Shown one piece after another: positions 37,282 through 47,264 of a stretch of 64,000 bases of DNA. Position 1 is the stretch's first letter. Each line of letters starts with the position of its first letter. A program made the position numbers and the translations under genes. Origin of the DNA: an uncultured Thermoplasmatales archaeon (GTDB lineage: Archaea > Thermoplasmatota > SW-10-69-26); NCBI GenBank assembly GCA_964396185.1, contig CAYNEI010000013.1, positions 1,528 through 65,527 of the forward strand, given 5' to 3'. The notes under the pieces are model-generated. The model did no database searches. It was not told the origin of the DNA and saw nothing but the letters and a program-made list of their open reading frames with translations.

Positions 37282-38423
37282 CACGCACCACCTCCGTTGG
37301 TGCCGGCTGCTTCGTTCCTGAGCTTCACGGCGAGCTGGGCGGCCTCCTTGGGGTCCTGGGTGGCTTCGACACCTGCGGCCTCGAGGATCTCGCGCGCCTT
37401 CTCCTCGTTGACCCCACGGATGCGGGTGACCAGAGGCACATCCAGGCCTTCTTCCTCGAGGACCTGGACGACGCCCTTGGCCACCGTGTCAGCCTTGGTG
37501 ATGCCGCCGAAGAGGTTGAGGAAGACGACCGACGGGTTGGCCTTCTTCATGAGCCGGAAGCAGGTCATGACCTTCTCGGGCGAGTCCGTGCCGCCGAGGT
37601 CCAGGAAGACGCCACCGTTGCCGCCGTAGTGCTCGAGCGCGTCGAGGGTGGCCATGGTGAGCCCGGCGCCGTTGGCGATCACACCGATATCGCCGTCGAG
37701 CTGGACGAAGGCGATGCCCTTCTCCTGGGCCTCCTTCTCCAAGGCGGTCAGGTCCTCCTCGCCGCCCTCGATGTCCGGGTGGCGGAAGGTGGCTGCGTCG
37801 TTGATGCTGACCTTGGCATCCGCGGCGACGACCTTGCCCTCGCCGGTGATGGCCAAGGGGTTGATCTCCACGAGATCCGCGTCGCTTTCGAGGTAGGTGG
37901 TGTAGAGCTTGGAGAGGATGCTGGTGACCTGCTTGGCCTGATCCTTGTCCAGGCCAAGGTTGCCCACCAGGTGGCGGGCGTGGTAGGAGGAGAACCCGGT
38001 GAAGGGGTGGACGGTCATCTTGTGGATCTTGTCGTCCGGCACCGACTCGATGTCCACGCCGCCCTCCGCGCTGATCATGACCATGGGGAGCCTGCTGGAG
38101 CGGTCCAGCAGGACCGAGGCGTAGAGCTCCTGGGCGAAGTCGAGCATCTCGACCAAGAACACCTTCTCCACCGTGAGGCCCTTGATCTCCATGCCCAGGA
38201 TGTTGTCCAGGTGCTCACGGGCCTCATCCGCGTTGTCAGCGAACTTGACGCCGCCGGCCTTGCCGCGCCCGCCGGTGAGGACCTGGGCCTTGACCACGAC
38301 CGGGTAGGGGAGATCGTCCTTGACGGCCTCGAACTCCTCGACCGACGAGACCACAACACCCTCCGGGGCCGGGATCCCGAACCGCGTGAAGAGATCGCGC
38401 CCCTGGTACTCGTAGAGCTTCAT
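37281..38423 (-). CDS. sucC: Succinyl-CoA synthetase beta subunit
   Basis: [46 protein letters not shown]. Confidence 0.97.
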   Translation of the reverse strand: MKLYEYQGRDLFTRFGIPAPEGVVVSSVEEFEAVKDDLPYPVVVKAQVLTGGRGKAGGVKFADNADEAREHLDNILGMEIKGLTVEKVFLVEMLDFAQELYASVLLDRSSRLPMVMISAEGGVDIESVPDDKIHKMTVHPFTGFSSYHARHLVGNLGLDKDQAKQVTSILSKLYTTYLESDADLVEINPLAITGEGKVVAADAKVSINDAATFRHPDIEGGEEDLTALEKEAQEKGIAFVQLDGDIGVIANGAGLTMATLDALEHYGGNGGVFLDLGGTDSPEKVMTCFRLMKKANPSVVFLNLFGGITKADTVAKGVVQVLEEEGLDVPLVTRIRGVNEEKAREILEAAGVEATQDPKEAAQLAVKLRNEAAGTNGGGA

Positions 38424-38621
38424 AGCAGCGCCCATGGGCCTGCCGTTGAAAAGGGTTGCGTGGAGACACGTCCAGGGGGGTGGGCGTCGAAGCACGGGAC
38501 TTGTTCCGGTCCCCGATAGATGGGTGAGCCGGTGTCGAGAGGTTGAACGTTTCTAGCAAACGCTGAGCAGCGCCCCAAACCATTAAATCCCCACCTACAG
38601 ATTGTTCGTCCTTGGTGCATC

Positions 38622-41516
38622 GTGCTGGCAAAACTGTTCCCTCGGAAAATCATGCTTGTGGCCGTCGTCGCTGCGATGTTGCTCGCCCCGGCGACTGCGA
38701 CCATCTCGCCGATCGTGGTTGCTGACGGACCGACTGCCGACGCAACCGCACTGGGCACCGACGAGGCGCGACGGGATGACCAGATGGACCTTGTCCGCCA
38801 CGTTCTGCAGGTTCTGGACAACGACGGGGAAGGGAGAGCCAGCCAACAGGCGATGTTCCAGGCCGCCCGGCTCGCGGTCGACCATCGTCAGACCCTGGTC
38901 GGCGGCCTCCTTCCTGAAGCCGCCGGGCCAGCTCTGGCTCAACTACACAGCAACCTGGACAGCGCCGAGGACCTGCTGGCCATCGCCGACACCGACCACG
39001 AGGACGACCTCGAACGAGCGGTCGCACTGGCCAAGGAAAGCACCCGGTGGCAGGCCGAAACCCTGGGCCTGCACTGGACGAACACCGTGCCACTGCATGC
39101 TCACCGATCCCCGAGCGAAGCGCTTGGCGAACTGGCCGAGCGCCAGGGCGTATCGCCCAGCGCCGAAGAGCGGGCCCGGATGAAGAGTCTCGACGTACTC
39201 CCCGAAGACCTACAGGACGCCTTGGTGCGGTTCGTGGACGCGTTCTTGGCCCTGGACACGGCCACACACCTTGCATATCAGAACGCCGACACCGCACGAT
39301 TGGAATCCCTCGCGGGAGAACATGGACGGCTGTGGGCGCAGCAAGGCCCCCTGGTCGAGCAGTACATGACCTTGAGCCTCAGCCTGGACATGAACCCAGA
39401 GGAGAGCCTTGCCCACCTGGAAGACGATGGCTGGTGGCCGGAGATCGCCCCGGTGGCCGACCTGCTCGGCGAGGCGGGCGTGGACTTCACCCCGGTCTTC
39501 CCGATCCGCAACCAGTTGCTTGACGCCGTACTCGGACTGGACCAGGCGCTCACCCTGCACCCGACGGCCGCATCCGCTTCCTGCGACTCCTTGCAACTTC
39601 CACCCGTCTTCAGCATCGACCTGGGCCAATGCGACAACGTCTACGCGCAGGACTTCGCACTCGTATTGGACGCCGGCGGCAACGACGTGTACAACAACAA
39701 CGCCGGAGGGAGCAATCTCGGTGGGCCGGACAACTGTCCCGCCGAGCTGAGCGAGGCAGGGACCTACTCGGCGGCCGCGCTCGTGGACCTGGGGACCGGA
39801 AGCGACCGGTTCGGCGACCCGCAAGCGCCCCGCGGATGCGGCGCGAACGGCGGCGGGAGCGTCGGCGTAGGGTTCCTGTTGACCGGGGGTGGAGACAACG
39901 AATACCATGCAGATGCCCACGGTACGAACGGTGGCGGCGGTCTCGCCGCCGCCGGGTTCCTGTTGGATGCATCGGGTAACGACACCTTCAACGCCGCGGG
40001 AGACGGCACGAACGGCGGCGGCAGCCTCGGCGTGGGGACGCTCATAAACGGCGGCGGGCACAACGAGTACAACGCGGGGAACTGGGGCACGAACGGCGGC
40101 GGCAGCATCGGCGTGGGTACCCTGATCGACGGCGGCTGGGGCAGCAAGTTCGACGCCGGGCTGGAGGGCACGAACGGGGGCGGGTTCTTCGGCGGCACCG
40201 GGTTGCTCTTCCATGGCCTTGGGGGAGGCACGTACAACGCCAGCGATTTCGGGACGAACGGCGGCGGCGGCCTCGGCGGCTCGGGTTTCCTGCTCAGCGG
40301 AGACCGAGACAGCACGTACAACTCCGCCGAGTACGGCACGAACGGAGGCGCAGGGATCGGCGTCGGTTTCCTCATGGACCTCGGCGGCGACACCGACTAC
40401 AGGTCCATCGCCATCAGCACCAACGGTGGATCGGGCAACGGAGCCGGTTTCCTGTTGGATGGCGGCGGGGACGACACGTTCACCACCGGCACCGCTGCTA
40501 CGAACGGCGGCGGTGCCGTCGGCGCGGGGTTCCTGCTGGACGCAGCGGGCAACGACACCTACATCGCCCCCGGCTCGGTCACCAACGGAGCCGCGGTCGG
40601 GTTGGGGCTTCTACTCGATGCTGGCGGCACCGACTACTATGAGGACCCCGCGATCCCAGGTGGCTTCTGCCTGGACTGCACGGTCGTCCCCAAAGGACCC
40701 CTCGGCATGCACGTCGACAGCGACGACATCTCGCTCAACCTACCGATCTGCATCCTGCACCCGACGATCTTGATCACGGAAGAGGTAGGCACACAAGGAT
40801 TCGTGCTTGACCAGGAGGACCCCACAACGGGACGGCCCCTCTACCGACCCGGAAGCGGTGTCACCAGCGGGTCCGGCACCGCGGAGGATCCGTACGTCAT
40901 CGAGGATTGGTGCATCCCCGGCGGGGCGGCGACCGGAACCCCCCGGATCGGGATCCAGGGCACGGACAGTCACGTCGTGATCCGCAACAACACCCTTGCG
41001 CACGCGGAGGGGGTGAACCAGCAGTGGCTGGATCACGGAGTCCTGCTCGACTCGGCACACAACGTGACGATGGAGGACAACCGGATCGGGAACGTCTTCC
41101 ACTCCGGCGTAGCCGTCCTCGGCTCGAGCAACACCGAGATCCGCGGCAACACGATCGACGGCCTCGGGAGCGGCATCTTCCTGGATGGATCGCAAGAGAC
41201 CGTGATCCGCGCGAACACGATCGAAACCTTCCCCAATCGAGGGCCGAGTATACGGATCCTGGATTCCGAAGGGACCGCGATCCATGACAACGACCTTTCA
41301 GGTGGTACGGACGTGGCCTTGCAGGCGGTGGGTGTCGAGACGCCGATCCTGGCCACGAACAATTGGTGGGGGCACGACTCGGGACCCGGCGGCGGTGTCG
41401 AGGATGCATGCACGGGCGCGGTGGCAGAAGGCGACGGGTACGGCATCGAGCTTGAGGATGCTTCCATCTGCTTCGACCCATGGCGGTCACAGCCCAACGC
41501 GGAAGCCGGAGCTTAG
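38622..41516 (+). CDS. Large secreted protein with 10 Gly/Asn/Asp-rich 27-28 aa repeats and a C-terminal right-handed beta-helix (NosD/CASH-like)
   Basis: Signal peptide; TNGGG..G.G.L.D.GG.D.Y repeats; N.I.GN.I repeats; NNWWG. Confidence 0.8.
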   Translation: MLAKLFPRKIMLVAVVAAMLLAPATATISPIVVADGPTADATALGTDEARRDDQMDLVRHVLQVLDNDGEGRASQQAMFQAARLAVDHRQTLVGGLLPEAAGPALAQLHSNLDSAEDLLAIADTDHEDDLERAVALAKESTRWQAETLGLHWTNTVPLHAHRSPSEALGELAERQGVSPSAEERARMKSLDVLPEDLQDALVRFVDAFLALDTATHLAYQNADTARLESLAGEHGRLWAQQGPLVEQYMTLSLSLDMNPEESLAHLEDDGWWPEIAPVADLLGEAGVDFTPVFPIRNQLLDAVLGLDQALTLHPTAASASCDSLQLPPVFSIDLGQCDNVYAQDFALVLDAGGNDVYNNNAGGSNLGGPDNCPAELSEAGTYSAAALVDLGTGSDRFGDPQAPRGCGANGGGSVGVGFLLTGGGDNEYHADAHGTNGGGGLAAAGFLLDASGNDTFNAAGDGTNGGGSLGVGTLINGGGHNEYNAGNWGTNGGGSIGVGTLIDGGWGSKFDAGLEGTNGGGFFGGTGLLFHGLGGGTYNASDFGTNGGGGLGGSGFLLSGDRDSTYNSAEYGTNGGAGIGVGFLMDLGGDTDYRSIAISTNGGSGNGAGFLLDGGGDDTFTTGTAATNGGGAVGAGFLLDAAGNDTYIAPGSVTNGAAVGLGLLLDAGGTDYYEDPAIPGGFCLDCTVVPKGPLGMHVDSDDISLNLPICILHPTILITEEVGTQGFVLDQEDPTTGRPLYRPGSGVTSGSGTAEDPYVIEDWCIPGGAATGTPRIGIQGTDSHVVIRNNTLAHAEGVNQQWLDHGVLLDSAHNVTMEDNRIGNVFHSGVAVLGSSNTEIRGNTIDGLGSGIFLDGSQETVIRANTIETFPNRGPSIRILDSEGTAIHDNDLSGGTDVALQAVGVETPILATNNWWGHDSGPGGGVEDACTGAVAEGDGYGIELEDASICFDPWRSQPNAEAGA

Positions 41517-41683
41517 AACAAGCGCAACACGGACCCGCCCCCTGTCCCAATCGCCAAATCCCAGATCGTCTTAGGCACACCGTTCGGAAGGTGGTCGACG
41601 TCGGCCGCCGTGGGTGAGCCGAGTGATGATCCGGCGGGAAGCTGGCGCCGGCGGGTGAGCCCGAGCTGGGTCGAGAATGGATG

Positions 41684-41943
41684 AGCCGCCAGAAGTTCGG
41701 CGGCGTGTGAAGGTCAACCGCCCGGCCGACCCTGCGGCAAGGGTACCGGGCGTCGCATCCGGTCTTTCGACCTCCGGGTTCTACCCCGGCCATCCCGGTT
41801 GTCCCCTCAGGAAGCAAGCCGAAGCTTGTTCCCCTCCGGGTGTGTTCTCCATCCCCGCGAACGGGTGTAGGAGTGGACGCGAGTATGCCGCGCGTCTCTC
41901 CGAGATGCGGATGGTCCACGACGCAAGCGCCGTGTGCAACCCT
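41684..41943 (-). ncRNA. Unidentified structured RNA, copy 1
   Basis: Aligns end to end with 43188-43448 with compensatory changes; UUCG, GAAA and CUUG loops on the minus strand. Confidence 0.8.
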
Positions 41944-42120
41944 CCATGGGTGCCGCTTGCGTATCTAGTTGTCGGGGGCCCTTCCGCTGGAGCCGGTGGG
42001 GCGCATCCAGCCGTGCGCCTCGACGGTTCACGACCCAGGCGACGCTGCACGCGCCGGTACCTTCGCCGACCCCCGAGGGCATCCTTGACATGCCTCCGGT
42101 CCCCATGCGCATGTGAGCCC

Positions 42121-43134
42121 ATGATCGACGACCGCCGCCATCCGCTGCTCTCGAAGGCTGAACCCGTGGGTCAGATCGAACTCGGCCAGGGCTCGAGCCG
42201 CAAGCAGCGCCTCGGCCAGCGCCAGGTCCAGGAGGTCACGGCCAGCCAGGCGCTCAGCGACTTCACCATGGGCGGCAAGGCCAGTGGCGTGGCCTGGAGC
42301 CTCAACCCGTACGCTGGATGCCACCACGCCTGCACGTACTGCTACGTGCCCAACACGATCCACGCCGATCGGCGCCGCTGGGGCAACTACGTGTTGGTCA
42401 AGCGCAACCTCCTGGCTCTCCTGCGCAAGGAGCTCGATCGCAAGGATGTGCGCACGGTCTACCTGTCCACCGCCACCGACCCCTACCAACCCATCGAGGC
42501 CGAGCGCGAGCTCACCCGCAAGGCGCTCAAGCTCTTGGCCCGCCACGACTGGCCAGTCGAGATCCTCACGCGCAGCCCATTGATCCTGCGGGACCTCGAC
42601 GTGCTCGATCGGTTCACGAACCTGCGCGTGGGCCTGAGCGTGCCCACCCTGGACGACGAGCTGCGCGCCATCCTCGAGCCTGGGGCACCAGCCATCCGTG
42701 CCAGGCTGGACACCCTCCAACGCCTCTCCCAGGCCGGGCTCACGGCGTTCGCCAACTACGCACCGGCCTACCCGCTCACCGGTGAGACCACCGTGGAGGA
42801 CATCGCCGAGGCCTTCGCTGAGGCCGGGGTCCAGTGGGTCAACACCTCCTTCTGGCGACGCCGCGGGAGCATCGTGGTCCCCATCTGGGACCTGCTCAAG
42901 GGCACCGAGCATGAGGACCTGGCCAGCTTCATCGCCAACCGCCCTCCACAACACGAGCTGCGCGAAGAGCTCACGGAGGCCATGGACCGGGTGGGCCTAC
43001 CCCTGCACACGGCGTTCTACAACCCACCCTTCCAGATCGCAGGTTTCCGCTCCCGGTACAAGCAGCTCAAGCTAGGACAAGTGCCGATCGAAGCGCCAAG
43101 GCAAACCCAGCACCGCCCAAGCTTGGAGCGCTGA
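42121..43134 (+). CDS. Radical SAM protein, spore photoproduct lyase (SplB)-like family
   Basis: SLNPYAGCHHACTYCY (CxxxCxxC), STATDPYQP.E, LTRSPLILRDLD, VGLSV. Confidence 0.9.
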   Translation: MIDDRRHPLLSKAEPVGQIELGQGSSRKQRLGQRQVQEVTASQALSDFTMGGKASGVAWSLNPYAGCHHACTYCYVPNTIHADRRRWGNYVLVKRNLLALLRKELDRKDVRTVYLSTATDPYQPIEAERELTRKALKLLARHDWPVEILTRSPLILRDLDVLDRFTNLRVGLSVPTLDDELRAILEPGAPAIRARLDTLQRLSQAGLTAFANYAPAYPLTGETTVEDIAEAFAEAGVQWVNTSFWRRRGSIVVPIWDLLKGTEHEDLASFIANRPPQHELREELTEAMDRVGLPLHTAFYNPPFQIAGFRSRYKQLKLGQVPIEAPRQTQHRPSLER

Positions 43135-43187
43135 ACATCGCCCAGGGCCCAAGCCAGAAGGTACCGCAGGCTAGCCGATGAGGGATC

Positions 43188-43448
43188 AGCCGCCAGAAAG
43201 ATGGCGGTGTGTGAAGGTCAGACAGCCCGGTTCACCGTGCGGCATCGGTCCCGGGCGTCGCATCCGGCCTTTCGGCCTCCGACCTCTCAGCCGGCCGTCC
43301 CGGTTGTCCCCTCAGGAAGCGTGGCGAACCACGTTCCCCTCCGGTTCAGTTCCCCATCCCGTCGAGCGGGTGTGGGGTTGGGCGCGAGTATGCCGCGCGC
43401 CTCTCCGAGATGCGGATGGTCCACGACGCAAGCGCCGTGTGCAACCCT
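43188..43448 (-). ncRNA. Unidentified structured RNA, copy 2
   Basis: As copy 1; TATA-like ttata on the minus strand at about 43465-43469. Confidence 0.8.
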
Positions 43449-43579
43449 ACGTGGGTCTCGGCGGTATAAGTAACCTTGCAGTGCACCCTCGGGGCAGCCG
43501 CTGGGTTCGGTGGACGCCGTCTGCAACCGGGGGCTACTTTGAAATACCCCTCCCAGGTTCGCTAGCCAAGGTGCGAGAC

Positions 43580-44404
43580 GTGTCAACGAGTTTCTCGGAG
43601 GGCGACATCGTCCTCGTGGATTTCGAAGCCTGGACCGACGACGGTGACCTCTTCGACACGACCCGCGAAGCGGTGGCCAAGGACGCTGGCTGGGATCTCG
43701 AGGAGCAGTCCTTCGACCCCCTGCCTGTCGTGCTCGGGGCCCAGCGCGTGGTCCCCGGCTTCGAGGCGGCCCTGCTCGCCGCGGGCTTGGATGAGGAGAA
43801 GGAGGTCGAGGTCCCCCCGGGCGAGGCCTTCGGGGAGCACAACCCCGACCGCGTCAGGGTGTTCCCCCGCCGGGACTTCGAGAAGAAGGAGATCGACCCC
43901 TACCCAGGCACGCGCGTCGAGATGGGCGGCAAGCGCGGCACCGTGGTCCAAGCGACGGCGAGCCGGGTGCGCGTGGATTTCAACCATCCGTTCGCGGGCA
44001 AGACCCTCACGTACAAGTTCAAGATCGTCGAGCGGGTCGAGGACGATGAGGAGCGGCTCCGGTCCCTGCTCAAGCTCGACTACGGGGTCAAGAAGGCCGA
44101 GGACCTGGAGGTCGAGGTGGACGGCACGACGGCCACGATCCGGCTCCCGGAGAGCGCCATGTTCGACACGGAGTGGTTCATGGCCAAGCACCGGCTCGGG
44201 CACAGCGTCTTCGAACACACGGAGCTGGAAACCGTGGAGCTCGTCGAGGCGCTCACGCGGGAGGACTTCGAGGCCCACGACCACGGCCATGGCGACGCGC
44301 ACCCGGCCGTGGAGGACGCCGTCGAGGAGGCTGGCGACGAAGCGGCCGGGGAGACGGACGCTGAGACGTCCGACGAGGACGCAGAGGACAAGGAAGAGGC
44401 CTAA
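43580..44404 (+). CDS. slyD: FKBP-type peptidyl-prolyl isomerase with insert-in-flap domain and His/acidic tail
   Basis: G..FDTT, VVPGFEAAL, PPGEAFG, VDFNHPFAGKTL, HDHGHGDAH tail. Confidence 0.92.
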   Translation: MSTSFSEGDIVLVDFEAWTDDGDLFDTTREAVAKDAGWDLEEQSFDPLPVVLGAQRVVPGFEAALLAAGLDEEKEVEVPPGEAFGEHNPDRVRVFPRRDFEKKEIDPYPGTRVEMGGKRGTVVQATASRVRVDFNHPFAGKTLTYKFKIVERVEDDEERLRSLLKLDYGVKKAEDLEVEVDGTTATIRLPESAMFDTEWFMAKHRLGHSVFEHTELETVELVEALTREDFEAHDHGHGDAHPAVEDAVEEAGDEAAGETDAETSDEDAEDKEEA

Positions 44405-44441
44405 TTCGACCGCTCCCCCGGACGCGTGCGGATCGCGACCC

Positions 44442-44798
44442 TCAGCGCTCGGTGAGATCCTCGCGGATCCGGAGGTACTCGTCGCGCTCGATCTCGCCTG
44501 AAGCGTAGCGCTGCTCCAGGGTGGAGAGGGCACCTGAGCCTCCCCGCTCGCCACCGGACCGGTTGTTCGTCGGCTTCTTCTCGCGGTCCCGCTCGATGAG
44601 CCAGTAGGCCACCAAGCCGATGAGGATGAACGGCAGCAGGGACCACAGCCAGCCGATCATGAGCCAGGGGCCGAAGTTGAAGAACATCTCCATGCCCTCG
44701 TGGCCGAACCCCCACCCGAAGCTGGCCGCGCTCATGCTCATGGTGGCCAACAGGAGGAAAACAAGGAACCCAGCGACGAGCCAACCGAGCGCTCTCAA
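44442..44798 (-). CDS. SHOCT-domain membrane protein
   Basis: Two TM helices then ALSTLEQRYASGEIERDEY. Confidence 0.85.
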   Translation of the reverse strand: MRALGWLVAGFLVFLLLATMSMSAASFGWGFGHEGMEMFFNFGPWLMIGWLWSLLPFILIGLVAYWLIERDREKKPTNNRSGGERGGSGALSTLEQRYASGEIERDEYLRIREDLTER

Positions 44799-44893
44799 CC
44801 GATCACCACGCTTGGATGGCGGCAGAGGGATGTGAAGGTTGTGGCCAGAACGCGAACCGCCGGGTTTACGCTACCAACCACACCTGCCCTGTT

Positions 44894-45559
44894 ATGGCTC
44901 AGCACGACGCCGGTCTCGACGCGGACCTGTTCACGGATCCCGGCGAGTTCATCTCCGCCTTCGGGGATGAGATCCTGACGCTGCTTGTCCTGATGGCGGG
45001 GATCCTGATCTACACGCTGATCGTGAACGAGTTCTACCAGCGTCTGTCCAAGCGCGTCATGTTCGCCAAGGAGGACGAGCAAGGGCGGGTGCGCTCCAGC
45101 TTCTGGGGCTGGCTCCGCTATATCTTCCTGTTCCCTGTGGTCTCCTTCGCGTTCTTCCTCCTGCTCTCCCTGGCGCTGCTCTTCCTTTCAGATGAGGGCC
45201 AGGCCCCGCTAGAGGTCTACATGCTCTCCATGGCGATCCTGGCCGCTGTCCGGGTTGCAGCCTACTTCAGCGAGGCTGCCAGCCACGACCTAGCCAAGCT
45301 CTTGCCCCTGGGCCTGTTGGGCGTCTTCCTGGTCCGCTTCGAGTACGCTGGCCTGGCCGCGACAGCCAAGCGGTTGCTGGACGCGGTCGAGAACCTCGAC
45401 CTGCTGATCGCCTTCTTCGTCGTGGTGCTCGCGCTGGAGTACTCGCTCCGGCTGCTCCGGGCGATCTTCGTTGCGCTCGGCGGCGGTGACGACGATGAAG
45501 GGGGGGGCGGTACCCCCGCGAAGCGAGAGCCGGAGGGTGGGACCTTCGAGAAGGCGTGA
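44894..45559 (+). CDS. Membrane protein, unknown function
   Basis: About 5 TM helices; SHDLAKLLPL. Confidence 0.7.
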   Translation: MAQHDAGLDADLFTDPGEFISAFGDEILTLLVLMAGILIYTLIVNEFYQRLSKRVMFAKEDEQGRVRSSFWGWLRYIFLFPVVSFAFFLLLSLALLFLSDEGQAPLEVYMLSMAILAAVRVAAYFSEAASHDLAKLLPLGLLGVFLVRFEYAGLAATAKRLLDAVENLDLLIAFFVVVLALEYSLRLLRAIFVALGGGDDDEGGGGTPAKREPEGGTFEKA

Positions 45560-45597
45560 GACGCGGGCCGTCTGGGCCCCTCGTCATCGAGGGGTCG

Positions 45598-46002
45598 TCA
45601 CGACGTGACGGGCCCGAACTTGTACCCGTAGTGGATGACACCGCTCTGGCTGGCCTCGCCCAGCTTCCTGAAGCGTGCCTCGAGCTCGAGCCCGAACCCG
45701 AGCTCCTCCGGGTCCAGATCCACGATCTGGGCGGTGAGTCGGGGCCCGTCCTCGAGCTCGACGATGCCGAGCACGTACGGCGTCTCCATCTCTCGCCCCT
45801 CGCTGCCCTGGTGGACGATGGTCCACGTTTCCAGGGTGCCCCGGCCGGTCAGCTTCAGGTCCTCCATCTTGCCTGCCGAGCGGTGCCGGCACTCTGGACA
45901 GAGGGTTCGCCGGGGGAAGACCCGGTGGCCGCAGGCACCGCACTCGCTGCCGATCAGGTTGTAGCGCTCGTTCTGCTCGCGCCAGTAGCGGGGGACCTGC
46001 AT
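45598..46002 (-). CDS. DUF35 Zn-ribbon/OB-fold protein (thiolase-HMG-CoA synthase scaffold)
   Basis: PRYWRE, CGACG..FPRR..CPEC, PYVLGIVEL, YGYKF. Confidence 0.92.
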   Translation of the reverse strand: MQVPRYWREQNERYNLIGSECGACGHRVFPRRTLCPECRHRSAGKMEDLKLTGRGTLETWTIVHQGSEGREMETPYVLGIVELEDGPRLTAQIVDLDPEELGFGLELEARFRKLGEASQSGVIHYGYKFGPVTS

Positions 46003-47180
46003 CAGGCACCACCCCCATCGTTGGTGAGGAGGTGGACGATGCTCGTCCCGCCCGTCCCGGCCACGGCGTGGGTGAGCCCCCACGTCGCGCCGTCCACCTG
46101 GCGTTCTCCGGCGGTGGCACGGAGCTGGCGGGTGATCTCGGCGGCTTGGGCCAGCCCGGTGGCGCCCAGCGCGTGTCCACGGGCCTTGAGCCCGCCGCTG
46201 GGGTTCACGACGGCGTCGCCTCCGAAGGTGGTGCGGCCCTTCTCCGTGGCGCCGGCAGCCTGGCCCTGCTCGTAGAGCCCCAAGGACTCCAGGGAGAGCA
46301 GCTCGGCGATGGTGAACACGTCGTGCACCTCGGCGACATCCAGGTCCTCGGGATCGATACCGGCTTGCTGGAAGGCGTCCTGGGCAGCCACCTCCGTGGA
46401 GCGTAGCGTGGTGATCGAGTCGCGTCGGTGGAGGGCCAGGGCGTCGCTTGCCTGGGCGCTGGCCGCGATGCGGATGCGTGGCCCCTCGAGCTGCTCGGCG
46501 GCGGCCTCGCTGGCGAGCACGATGGCGGCTGCACCGTCCACCGGGGAGGCGCAGTCGAAGACCCGCAGGGGGCTGGAGACCATGGGGCTGGCCTTGACCT
46601 TGTCCACCGTGGTGGGGAACGGGTAGGCCGCCTCGGGGTTCTTGGCCCCATGCGCGTGGTTCTTGACGGCCACGTGGGCGAGCTGGTCGCGGGTGGTGCC
46701 GTGCTCGGCCTTGTGGGCTCGCGCCATCATGGCGTAGAGGGCTGGCAGCGTGGCACCGAAGAAGCCCTCCCACTCCATGTCCGCGCTCGAGACGAGGGCG
46801 GCTGTCGCGTCCCCCTCAAGCACGTCGGTCATCTTCTCGACGCCGCCGGCGACGACGACGTCGTGGGCGCCGGAAGCGATGGCATGCGCGGCAGAGCGCA
46901 GGGCAGCAGCGCCCGAAGCATCCCCGGCCTCGATGCGGGTGGCGGGGATGTGGGTGTTGGCCAGCCCGGCCTCGTCCAAAGCGAGCACGCCCAGCTGCTG
47001 CTGGCCGAGCAGGCGTCCAGCTGAGGTGCTGGCGACGTACATGGCATCGATCTCGGGCCCAGAGATCCCCGCATCGGCCACGGCGGCCAAGCCGGCATCG
47101 GTGATGAGCTGGCGCAAGGAGTGCTCCCAGAGCTCCCCGAACTTGGTCGTCCCGACGCCGACGACGAAGACATCACGCAT
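46002..47180 (-). CDS. Archaeal thiolase-family protein lacking canonical catalytic cysteines
   Basis: GVG.TKFGE, EKM, KNH, DGAAA, NPSGGLKARGH..GATG; EAGDASG and HDVF replace EAACASG and HDCF. Confidence 0.9.
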   Translation of the reverse strand: MRDVFVVGVGTTKFGELWEHSLRQLITDAGLAAVADAGISGPEIDAMYVASTSAGRLLGQQQLGVLALDEAGLANTHIPATRIEAGDASGAAALRSAAHAIASGAHDVVVAGGVEKMTDVLEGDATAALVSSADMEWEGFFGATLPALYAMMARAHKAEHGTTRDQLAHVAVKNHAHGAKNPEAAYPFPTTVDKVKASPMVSSPLRVFDCASPVDGAAAIVLASEAAAEQLEGPRIRIAASAQASDALALHRRDSITTLRSTEVAAQDAFQQAGIDPEDLDVAEVHDVFTIAELLSLESLGLYEQGQAAGATEKGRTTFGGDAVVNPSGGLKARGHALGATGLAQAAEITRQLRATAGERQVDGATWGLTHAVAGTGGTSIVHLLTNDGGGA

Positions 47181-47264
47181 GCCTATCCCTCCCTTGACCC
47201 GTCAGCCACGATCCATCGCGGCCGCAAGCCGTGACCCCGCAGAGCGGACCGGTCGGCGATCGTG

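Noticed and set aside
25635-38400. Integron integrase or transposase for the island
   Set aside because: No ORF with tyrosine-recombinase (R..HxxR..Y) or DDE motifs was recognised; 35691-35990 looks like decayed non-coding sequence.
41684-43448. SRP RNA or RNase P RNA as the identity of the duplicated RNA (cccggaggggaacaagc in copy 1 resembles SRP helix 8)
   Set aside because: The resemblance is not kept in copy 2, the CAGG..AGCA loop is absent, and there is no GAGGAAAGUCC/ACAGAA P4 pair.
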